42,210 nucleotides of DNA, from positions 1 to 42,210 of the forward strand of contig JBFFSH010000019.1 in NCBI GenBank assembly GCA_041572575.1, written 5' to 3'. The notes under the pieces are model-generated. The model was not told the origin of the DNA. It worked only from the letters and a program-made list of their open reading frames with translations, and ran no database searches. Within the stretch, counting starts at the first letter, position 1. Each line of letters opens with the position of its first letter. Shown piece after piece: positions 9,946 through 19,300 of this stretch. The DNA comes from Thermodesulfobacteriota bacterium. Lineage in GTDB: Bacteria > Desulfobacterota_D > UBA1144 > Nemesobacterales > N074bin48. The position numbers and the translations under genes were made by a program.

Positions 9946-11421
9946 CTAAAACGCTTTTTCGAAATACTTGATTAGTTTTTTAATATTGAGTGGGCCAGTT
10001 TCTATTTCTTGCTCCAAAAAACCGGTTGTTAATCCTGAGTTTTGATTCCACCATTTTATCAACTGTCTGCCTGCATCTATTTCTCTCCACCACTGTTCAT
10101 CAAAACGGCTAATAAGATATTCCCTTAAGTATGATTCTAGTAAACATGCTCTAAAACTGTAATACGGAGTATCTTTGTCCAGAATTAAATTAAGCAGCAC
10201 CATATGTTCATTTGGTTTTATAAAAGAACTTTTTTGATATAACTCAGATATTTGCTCTAATGCTTGGTGTAAGTTGTTTTCGTATATCAGCCTGTATGAC
10301 AGCACATTTAAGCATAGATTTCTTATCTGAAACAGTTTTTTTAAATATAGAAATTCTAAAAAGTTTTTGTCAGTATCAAGTCTTAAATATCTCTGCAGCC
10401 AGTTTTGTTCAAAGATCAGATCTTCGAAGAGAAATTTGAATATTTCTAGAGTAGTAGGATCAATTAACCTCTTTTTCTCAAATGAATCGTCTATATTTAT
10501 TGAACCAAGGAGCAGTGATTTGCCAATTTGCCCCAATATAGAGTCATAGTCCTCAGCAGTTTTTATTCTGTTTACTGATATTAAGATATTATCCGGTACT
10601 GATACAGGATAGGTTCGCGCATCAGGGTTTTTTGTGAGTCTATTATTCAGGTCAAATTTGATAGAACCAGGTAAATTTATTCCCATTTCATCCAGAAACC
10701 TGGTGGATAGTTTGTCTGCCGATGTTTGTTTGAAATAATCCTTAAGCTCATATGAGTTAAATAAGAATAGTATGTCTTCGTGCCTAGCATCATCTATTCT
10801 TATTTCCAGCTTGTTTTTTAGTTGCCAGCCAAGCAAGTCCTTGTATATATATTCAGTATCGCTTAAAAAATCATTGCATAATTTTTCGGTGCTTTCTACA
10901 TCCAGGCTGCATAAACTTCTAGTTTGATCTATATAATCATTACATCCAAGCAGGGTTGAAGTTTCATTTCTTTTCTCGATAACAAGCTCAAGATTATGGT
11001 ACAGCTCCTTGCTAAGCTCACTATATTGTTTGCCTAATTTGTTTCTCTTTTCTCTTTTTCTCTCGGTCTTAATTGCTGGAATTAGATTTAAAAGGTTTTT
11101 GCCTTTATTCTCAGGATTTTGAGCTTGTTTGATAAATTCATTATTTAATCTATCAATGTGCTCTGAACCATAATAGGTTTGTATCATGTTTGAGACGAAG
11201 ACCTTAAAGAGCTCTATTTTTTCATGGTCATTTTCGTTATATATAGACCTGTCTAGATCTGCAAGAACGTCGGGGCTGAATAACTCGCGGTGATCATCCA
11301 GGATGTCTTTACAATTACTTTGCAGGCTGATGCCTGAATCAAAGAAATACTTGTGGTAATTAAGTCTACCCAGTAGTTTTTCTGCTGACTCCGTAAAGTC
11401 TTTATCTACTTTGAATTCCAT
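9946..11421 (-). CDS. M3/gluzincin-like peptidase homologue, apparently lacking HExxH
   Basis: 'R..KNP....PVSVP..I', 'WLQRYL' and 'FDEQWWREIDAGRQLIKWW' resemble M3-like oligopeptidases. The expected HExGH position reads GQIGK. Confidence 0.55.
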   Translation of the reverse strand: MEFKVDKDFTESAEKLLGRLNYHKYFFDSGISLQSNCKDILDDHRELFSPDVLADLDRSIYNENDHEKIELFKVFVSNMIQTYYGSEHIDRLNNEFIKQAQNPENKGKNLLNLIPAIKTERKREKRNKLGKQYSELSKELYHNLELVIEKRNETSTLLGCNDYIDQTRSLCSLDVESTEKLCNDFLSDTEYIYKDLLGWQLKNKLEIRIDDARHEDILFLFNSYELKDYFKQTSADKLSTRFLDEMGINLPGSIKFDLNNRLTKNPDARTYPVSVPDNILISVNRIKTAEDYDSILGQIGKSLLLGSINIDDSFEKKRLIDPTTLEIFKFLFEDLIFEQNWLQRYLRLDTDKNFLEFLYLKKLFQIRNLCLNVLSYRLIYENNLHQALEQISELYQKSSFIKPNEHMVLLNLILDKDTPYYSFRACLLESYLREYLISRFDEQWWREIDAGRQLIKWWNQNSGLTTGFLEQEIETGPLNIKKLIKYFEKAF

Positions 11422-11440
11422 GTTTAGTCCTAAGTGGAGA

Positions 11441-12682
11441 TCAGGCGGTGATCTTTCGTTCGGGTTTTTTTATGAAAAATGTAAGAAGTGCTGCTAGATA
11501 GCAAATAATTATTGCTATAAGAAACGGATAGAAATAACTGCCTGTTCTGTCAAAAAGGTAGCCCGCCAGAATTGGACCGATAATTGCCGCAATTGAAAAT
11601 GAGGTTCCAAAAAAACCGTATATTGCACCAAGTGCTTTTAGGCCAAAAAAATCTCCCAGAATCATAGGAAATATCGGCACCCAGCCGCTGTAGAAAAATC
11701 CGAATAAAAGTCCGAAAATAAAGTAGTACTCTATATCTTTAAAAAGTAGCAAAATAATTATCGAACTGCTCTGCACAAAAAAGCATATAAATAAAATTCG
11801 CTCGCTTCGCATTCGTTCTGTTAAAAACCCAGAGAGCACAATTCTTCCAAAAATGCTTCCAAGCCCGATTGCTGCCGGAGCGCCTGATGCTAAAAGCTCC
11901 GGGATGCCTACATGAATTTCATAATTGAACAGGTGAGTGATTATGATAAGAAAAGTGATAAAACCAAAAAGCCACATTACGTATAAGAGCCAAAACGCCG
12001 GGGTCTTGATAGCTTCCTTAGCTTCCCAGTCTTTAGATTCTTCAGGAGATTTAAGTGTGTTATTGCCGTCTTTGCCAATATCCTCTGCACCATATGGCTT
12101 CATGTTCATGTCAGCAGGGCTTTTTCTTAAGAAAAGTGCGGCAAAAATAGCGATGAATACAAATGCGGCTAGACCAAAAAATGCATTCGATAATCCGTGA
12201 TTGATTATTAACCAGGTTGTAATCGGGGGGACAAAAAGACCGCTAAGCGGTACTCCTGTTGTTATTATTCCAATTGCAAGCGATCTTTTCTTAACAAACC
12301 ATCTGCTTATGAGAGTTACACAGGTTATATATAAAACCCCGTCACCAATACCAATAAGAACACCAAAATACAAGAACAGCTCAAACTTGGTTTCGGCAAA
12401 CCCGCAGAGCAGAAGACCAATTGCACAGATAAGCCCGCCAGAGAATATAATTATCCTTGGATCATACTTATCTACCAGTCTTCCGGAGATAGCCAGGGAA
12501 AAAGCAAGCACAAATGACCTGAGTGCATATATAGATGATCCGCCTGCTTCAGACAGTCCAAATTTATCGTTCAGGCCCGGAAGGAAAATACCAAATGAGT
12601 ACAGAAGAAGTCCATCAAGAACAATAAGAATGAGTGATGCGGCTACTATGTACCAGCCGTAGAATAAATTGTTATTAGCCAT
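11441..12682 (-). CDS. MFS transporter (OFA/MCT-like)
   Basis: 12 TM segments, FYGWYIV, GRLVDKYDPR motif A, WFVKKRSLAIGI, GYLFDRTGSY. Confidence 0.9.
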   Translation of the reverse strand: MANNNLFYGWYIVAASLILIVLDGLLLYSFGIFLPGLNDKFGLSEAGGSSIYALRSFVLAFSLAISGRLVDKYDPRIIIFSGGLICAIGLLLCGFAETKFELFLYFGVLIGIGDGVLYITCVTLISRWFVKKRSLAIGIITTGVPLSGLFVPPITTWLIINHGLSNAFFGLAAFVFIAIFAALFLRKSPADMNMKPYGAEDIGKDGNNTLKSPEESKDWEAKEAIKTPAFWLLYVMWLFGFITFLIIITHLFNYEIHVGIPELLASGAPAAIGLGSIFGRIVLSGFLTERMRSERILFICFFVQSSSIIILLLFKDIEYYFIFGLLFGFFYSGWVPIFPMILGDFFGLKALGAIYGFFGTSFSIAAIIGPILAGYLFDRTGSYFYPFLIAIIICYLAALLTFFIKKPERKITA

Positions 12683-12881
12683 TTAGTAGTTGTGATTCCA
12701 AATAATAAAGAAGAATAAGCCCTCAGATTTTAAGTGAGTATGTCTTAAGAGGCAAGATTTATTTAACTATTATATAAATAAATAAATTAAATAAGCAGTT
12801 TTTTTTTGATTTTTAATCAATAATCCTTAACAATGATAATATATAAAATTCAACATACGTATATATAAAAAGGAATATAAA

Positions 12882-13250
12882 ATGGACAACCAGGAAGATA
12901 TATTAGATAAATTTAGAGCAGGCCTTAACAGAGGGCTTAGAATCGTAAATGTACGCTCAAAAGAGGCATATGATGTACTCAAAACCAAAAATAATATCCA
13001 GGGTAAAAACAGGAATAAAAGAAAACTAGTAGAAGAGCTTGGAAATGCTGTATTCAGGACCTATAAACATAAAGGCAATATTAGTGAAGATAGTATAAAA
13101 AATAAATGTGAAGATATATTAAAAATGGAATCAGAAATTGATGATTTAAATGAGCAGATACAAAATATACATGAAAATGCATTAAAAGAGCTTGGTAAAT
13201 TAAAGGCTATTACAAAGCCAAATGATGATAGCGATGATGGTAAAGAGTGA
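12882..13250 (+). CDS. Hypothetical coiled-coil protein
   Basis: 122-aa ORF with AAGGA RBS; helical and charged composition. Confidence 0.7.
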   Translation: MDNQEDILDKFRAGLNRGLRIVNVRSKEAYDVLKTKNNIQGKNRNKRKLVEELGNAVFRTYKHKGNISEDSIKNKCEDILKMESEIDDLNEQIQNIHENALKELGKLKAITKPNDDSDDGKE

Positions 13251-13350
13251 TTTCATACCTTATTATTAGTTGGCAGATAATTATGCTTGGACATGAATCA
13301 GAGTTTGAAAATAAGTTAAATAAATATTAGTAATAAAGGGAGAAATAATT

Positions 13351-13875
13351 ATGAAAATTGCAATCTTATCTATTTTATCATTTTGTGTTCTTGGAATTCA
13401 GGGCGTAATAGCAGAAATTCCTATCATGGCAAAGTCTAAGTTAAAAAACAGCGCTGGTGAAGTTGTAGGTGTTGCCACTTTTTTAGAGAGCAATGATGGG
13501 GTAAACATAGCAGTGCAGGTAAGGAGCTTAACCCCGGGACTTCATGGTATCCATATTCATGAGACTGGAAAGTGCAAAGCTCCGGATTTTAAATCAGCCG
13601 GTGGACATTTTAATCCATTTGCTGTAAGTCACGGCCTTAGAAACCCCAAGGGCTATCATGTCGGAGATTTGGGAAATATCCTTATTAAAGAAGACGGCAC
13701 AGGCACAATGCTTACACTTTCAAGCCTTGCAACACTGCAAGGCAGCAAAAATTCTCTATTTAGAAAAGGCGGTACGGCATTGGTAATACACTCCGGCCCA
13801 GATGACCTTATTTCTGATCCTACCGGCAATGCAGGCAGCAGAGTTGCTTGTGGAGTAATTAAAATGATTAAGTAA
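13351..13875 (+). CDS. sodC: Periplasmic Cu/Zn superoxide dismutase
   Basis: Signal peptide; HGIHIHE, GGHFNP, SHG, HVGDLGN, VIHSGPDD, GNAGSRVACG (all metal ligands present). Confidence 0.93.
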   Translation: MKIAILSILSFCVLGIQGVIAEIPIMAKSKLKNSAGEVVGVATFLESNDGVNIAVQVRSLTPGLHGIHIHETGKCKAPDFKSAGGHFNPFAVSHGLRNPKGYHVGDLGNILIKEDGTGTMLTLSSLATLQGSKNSLFRKGGTALVIHSGPDDLISDPTGNAGSRVACGVIKMIK

Positions 13876-14189
13876 ATAGTTGTAGACAATATTTACTTTG
13901 GCTGTCTTGGCATACTCTAAAGCATACATCTTCTAACCAAAAAAGAGTGGAGTCCCCTTTTACTTAAATGTCTTTGTTATCAAAAAGAGTGAAGTGTCCG
14001 CACATTTAAGGAACTTATACAATATTGGTGCTATCCTGAGAAAGTGATTTTTACATCCTGTTGGGCCTCAGAGCTAGATATTCCTTTTGCAACAGAATTA
14101 TGCAACAGTAAGAATATAATAATTTCAGGAACTTATACGGGATCAATTAACTATTGCAAAAACGTTCCTTTTTGCAACACTACGGTATG

Positions 14190-14600
14190 TTAACTCTGGT
14201 CAGGCACACCAAGCTGACAAACTTCCCCTAACTCATCAAAATTCTTTTGTTCTATAAGTTGCTCAATATCATTGTCCTGTATACCACCAAGAACCTGACA
14301 TATCTGTGAGCACTGTACATCGGCACAATTGCTAGTTCTTCTTTCTTAGATTGCTGATGAATTACAAACAGCATCACAAAGTCCAGGTACAGTTTCGGGC
14401 GGCACACTCAGCGCACTATTTATTATTGAAGCTGTGAGAGCCTTATCTGTATAACATGCAAAGAACTTCTTCTCACAGCTGTGAATTATTGCATTAAATA
14501 AATTCTGCTGTGGAGGAGTTAGTCCTGCCCTAGCTTCGTCTATCCCCCCCCAGCTAAGAAACATTGTTCCCAGCATAAGTCCTAATATTGTGTTTTTCAT
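14190..14600 (-). pseudogene. Secreted Cys-rich protein with an internal in-frame TAA (14346-14348)
   Basis: GAGG RBS, ATG at 14600, signal peptide ending EARA. The frame continues 51 codons past TAA (ERRTSNCADVQCSQICQVLGG...EVCQLGVPDQS*). 8 Cys in total. Confidence 0.6.
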
Positions 14601-14814
14601 ATCCAAGCCTCTTTCGTCCTTCATAGATTTAAGTCCTACCACTACATAAGATGACAAAACAGGACTTAAGTTTCATTCTCTCTTCAAACTCTATTAGTTT
14701 TATTATGTAAAGTCAATGACTTATTATAAAAGGACAAAATAATGGGGGACATGATGTTTTACATATATTCAATTATCACACAATTGATTTTACATATCTG
14801 GCGTTTATTACTCT

Positions 14815-14842
14815 AAATCCGATAAGATAACTTATGTTAATA
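14815..14842 (+). other. XerC/XerD dif-like recombination site
   Basis: AAATCCGATAA-GATAAC-TTATGTTAATA has the 11-6-11 layout. Compare E. coli dif GGTGCGCATAA-TGTATA-TTATGTTAAAT. Confidence 0.55.
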
Positions 14843-15051
14843 AATATTCTAAGTGTATTTTTTTATTAATCCTCTGCTGAAAACCTTCCTAATTAGTGAC
14901 ATAAAAAGGGGACTGAATAAAAGGGGGCACTTGTAAATGCTCAGTAATTAAGTAACCAAATTTGTATATATTAATAACTATTATTTTGATTAATATTAGG
15001 CTCTATGAGCACAGTAGACTTCTGTAATAGAAATATGAAGAGAAATACGAA

Positions 15052-16152
15052 TTAGTATCCGCTGTAGGATTCGAATATTTCTCCAAAATCCTTGTTTATT
15101 TCTATAAAAGCCTTAATGATGTCCGGGTCAAAGTGATCGGGGCTTGTTCTTCCATCACCCTCGGTAATTATCTTCAAAGCCTCATCATGGGTAAATGGCT
15201 TTTTATACGGCCTTGTACTTCTTAGTGCATCGTACTGATCTGCTATAATCGTTATCCTGGCTGAAATTGGTATCTGTGTTTTGCTAAGGCCGTTTGGATA
15301 CCCTGAGCCATCCCATGTTTCATGATGGTTTCTGGCAATTTCCTGACCCATTTTCAGGAATGTAGATTCTGATCCTTCTAAAATCTTTGCCCCAATTGTA
15401 GTATGAGTTTTCATTATTTCCCATTCCTCGGCATTTAATGCACCGGGTTTTAAAAGAATACTGTCAGGTATTCCAACCTTTCCTATATCGTGCATAGGAG
15501 AAGCATGGAATATATTTTCAATAAATTCAGTGTTCATTGAAAGCGTTTCAGCTATCTTCCTGGTATATAAACTTATTCTTTTTATGTGAGAGCCTGTGGC
15601 CTGATCTTTAAACTCAGTAGCAAGAGTGAGTCTGTAAATAGTCTCAAGATAGGCAGCCTTGGTGCTATCATGTGCTAGGTTTAGTTCAAAAAGGGCTTTT
15701 TGCAGTTCTTGCGTTCTTTGTTGAACCTTTTCTTCCAATATGTCATTATTCTCTTTTAGAAGGTCATTGTATTTTTTGATCTTGAGGTTATTTTTTATCC
15801 TCATTGCAAGCTCTTCAAAATCATAGGGCTTTGTGAGGAAGTCATCGGCCCCTTTGGAAATACCCGTAAGAAGGTCCTCTCTCGAGCCTAGGGCTGTTAC
15901 TATGATTACCGGAATCTGTTTGGTTCTATCATCGGCTTTGATTTTTTCTGTTGAATCAAATCCATTCATTTTTGGCATGATAACATCCATAATTATAAGG
16001 TCGGGACTGTTATCTACCGCATAGTCTATTGCCTCTTCGCCGTTTGTTGCCTGAAACGTTTTGTATCCCATGTTTTCGCACATATTATTGAGAAGCAGTC
16101 TGTTTCTGGGTTCATCGTCTACTATGAGTATCTTTGATTTATGATTGTCCAT
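15052..16152 (-). CDS. Response regulator with HD-GYP c-di-GMP phosphodiesterase domain (RpfG-like)
   Basis: REC (ILIVDD, MDVIMP, FLTKP), a coiled coil, then TGSHIKR, HDIGK, HHETWDGSGYP, RPYK. Likely start MDNHK at 16152 (the ORF track gives 16185). Confidence 0.93.
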   Translation of the reverse strand: MDNHKSKILIVDDEPRNRLLLNNMCENMGYKTFQATNGEEAIDYAVDNSPDLIIMDVIMPKMNGFDSTEKIKADDRTKQIPVIIVTALGSREDLLTGISKGADDFLTKPYDFEELAMRIKNNLKIKKYNDLLKENNDILEEKVQQRTQELQKALFELNLAHDSTKAAYLETIYRLTLATEFKDQATGSHIKRISLYTRKIAETLSMNTEFIENIFHASPMHDIGKVGIPDSILLKPGALNAEEWEIMKTHTTIGAKILEGSESTFLKMGQEIARNHHETWDGSGYPNGLSKTQIPISARITIIADQYDALRSTRPYKKPFTHDEALKIITEGDGRTSPDHFDPDIIKAFIEINKDFGEIFESYSGY

Positions 16153-16381
16153 AAGAATATTCTTTAGGTTATATATATATAACATTTTATAATTTATAAA
16201 TTTTATTTCAATTGTACAATAATTTTTATAATGTTTTATAATATCAGTTATTTTTTATATAACTGTTTTAATAACCCGATATCAGGTTTATAATTAATAT
16301 TTACATTCTTACGGGGTTAGTATAAGTATTACTAAAGTATTAATATGCGTAGTAATATAAAATTATAATAAATTATATTAA

Positions 16382-19300
16382 ATGAGTGAATCCAGGATAG
16401 AAAATAAGCTGTTAAACGATCACGCCGACTGCTTGGAAAGGGTCTACATTGAAGGTCAGGTACCGTGTGTAGTTTTTTATAAGGGTGATAGTCCCGATGA
16501 ATATACTCTTAAGTTATATAATATCTTTTCAAACCGGGGGTTTAAGTCATATCTTGTACCAGAAGATTTTCTTATTAAAGACAAGCAGGATTTAAAAGTA
16601 TATGAAGAGATTATTAACAGCGCTTGTCTGTTTATTTTTTACATTGATGAAAACAGATCAAGTTTTCTGTATTGTCTTGGTCATATAAGGGCAAAGAGCC
16701 GTCCTATCCTCACTATTACTCGTGAAAAGCTCTTAGAAGACATAAGTTCTGATTATAGCAGTGAATTTAAATACGATTCAGGATTTTACGAAATCGACTA
16801 CGGAAAGCTAAGCGAAATTGGGCAAGAAAGCAATTCTCTTGTTAATTTCATAGCATCGGTAGATCATTCTAAAAACTTTGTATTGAGCAGTAAGGATAGT
16901 GATAACGAAATAAGTGATATATATGCAAGCTTTGATCAAATCATTGAATATATTAAGCCTGACCTACAGTCGTTATTCACTGAAGATCTGAACGATAAAC
17001 TGTCTGGTGACTTGGAACCGGAGTATAAAGATATTATTGATACATACTTTGGATTAAACAATACTGATTCGGATAAATTAATAAAATATCTGGATATAAA
17101 GCCCAAGGATAAATCACTTAAGAATAGTTCTGCCTATTTATTATTTTTAAACATTGTTCTTACTAACATAATTAACTATCTAAGCAATAAATACTCCGAT
17201 AAAAACTATAAGCTTGTATTGGATAAGTATGAAGAGATTATAAAAAATACAGAAATTACTGATGAGAAAAAACACACAGTGCATAGCATTATAGGCCTTG
17301 AAAACAAGGGTGCGGCATGCTTAATCCTCAGTTGTTTAAAACATGATGACAGTTTCTTAGAAGAATCGGAAAAGCTATTCGAAAAGTCCTCTAAGCTAAA
17401 AAAGACTAATCTTCTAAAAGATATTTTTTCTGGAGCTAAGATCAACTATGCTCTTTTGCAAGAATATCTTGCAGATTCAACCGGCTCGGTAGATAGCTTC
17501 AATAACACATTGGAGCTCTTAAAGGATGCAGATATTGCAAATGATGGGTTTGATCCAGCCTTTAAAGACGGTCTGGCTTTGAATAATAAAGCCATATGCC
17601 TTAGAAAACTCTCCCCCGTAACCAAGAATCAGTCTGAGCTGCAACTGGCCGCAGAGCAGAGTGAAAAGGCTTTTAAAATATTTGAGTCAAGTAATAGAAC
17701 GCTTCACAAAATATCTGCCCTATTTAATATCTCGGCCTCGCTTTTATATGAATCAAAGCTTGCAAATGAAAAGAAATTTTGTACTGAGGCCCTTGAAAAA
17801 TTAGATCAGGCATTTGACTTATTGGATAAAAATACGGATGTAAGATTGTATAAAAAAGCCCTTATTATTAAAGCTTTGATCTTTGAGCATCTTTTTGAAT
17901 TTGATAATAGTACCGACAACTTGCAAAATGCTATTGAGCACTATACTCAGGCTCTTGACTGTGTAAGTGATCAGGTTGATTCAATAAATGTGGCGCTAAT
18001 AAAGAATCAAATTGGTGTGAATTACAACATCCTGGCAGAGACAGCAGACAAGACTGAAAACTCCAAGAAATCAGTCAAGTTTCATGGTGAAGCATTAACT
18101 TCTATTTCCAAAGAGACCCACTTATATGAATATTCCTATATTAAAATGTGTGAGGGAAACTCCTACAGGCTTTTGGCAGAGGAAGAAGAATCACAGGATA
18201 ACTGTCTGCTTGCGCAGCGGTGTTATGAGGCATCTCTTGGACATTTTTCTGCCGACGAGTATCCAAGGGAGTATGCAATTGTAAACAACAACATAGGTTC
18301 CACATTTGAATTTCTTGCAGCTATTACAGATGATAAAAATTATCTAGAAAAAGCAATTGCTGCCTATGAACAGACCTTAAAAATTTATAATATTAAGGAT
18401 AATCCCTATGAATATGCAGCAGTTCAAAATAACCTTGGTAATTCTTTCGGGGCTCGTTCTGAGTTTGAAGATCCTGCGGAAAATGGCTCAAAAGCAATAA
18501 CTGCATACACAGAGGCGCTTAAGGTAAGAACTCTTAGTGACTATCCCAAAGAGTATGCAATGACCCAGAACAATCTCGGTGTTGTTTATGACATTATTTC
18601 AGAGCATGAAGATAAAGAGGCTAACAGTAAAAGTGCTATAGAGTGTTATAAGGAATCGATTAAGTTTTATGATGAAGAGTCATTTGCAGAAAACTATGCG
18701 ATGATCCAAAAGAACCTTGGGGGAGCATACAGAAGGCTATCTGAGGTAAGCAATGCAAAAGATAACAGCCTGCTTGCAAAAGACGCATACGAAAAAGCTC
18801 TTAGATTCTACACCAAGGATGATTTTGCTGAAGACTACAGCTTAATTCAAAAAAACATATCGTCTCTTCTCACAAATGTAGCAAGATATTCAAAAGATAA
18901 AGGCGAGTTGATAAAATCAATTGAACAGCACAATGCTACTCTAAAAGAGCTTGATCAAAATACAGATTCAGATGAATATGCATTTGTTTTAAATGATATT
19001 TGTATCCTAAAATCAGCACTTTTTGATCTGGAGCATACTGAATCAAACCTAAAAAGTTTATCAGAAAGCTGCAATCGTGCGCTTGAGGTTATTACACCTG
19101 AAGATAATAGCTCTGAATTTGCATCTATAAACAAAATGCTTTCTGATGCATTTATAAGTTATCTCGAAACAAATAGTAGTGAAGATTACTGCCTTGATGC
19201 CATTGGTTTTGGAAAGCAGGCGCTAAAGGTTTATAAATCAAAAGATTATCCCGCAGATAATGCAAAACTAAATGAAAATATTGGTATAGCCCAAAGCAGC

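Noticed and set aside
12882..13250. Resemblance to coiled-coil plus zinc-ribbon proteins
   Set aside because: There are no CxxC pairs and no sign of a frameshifted continuation, so it is left as hypothetical.
14346..14348. Selenocysteine/pyrrolysine or alternative-code readthrough
   Set aside because: The stop is TAA, not TGA/TAG, and TAA terminates many core genes in this window.
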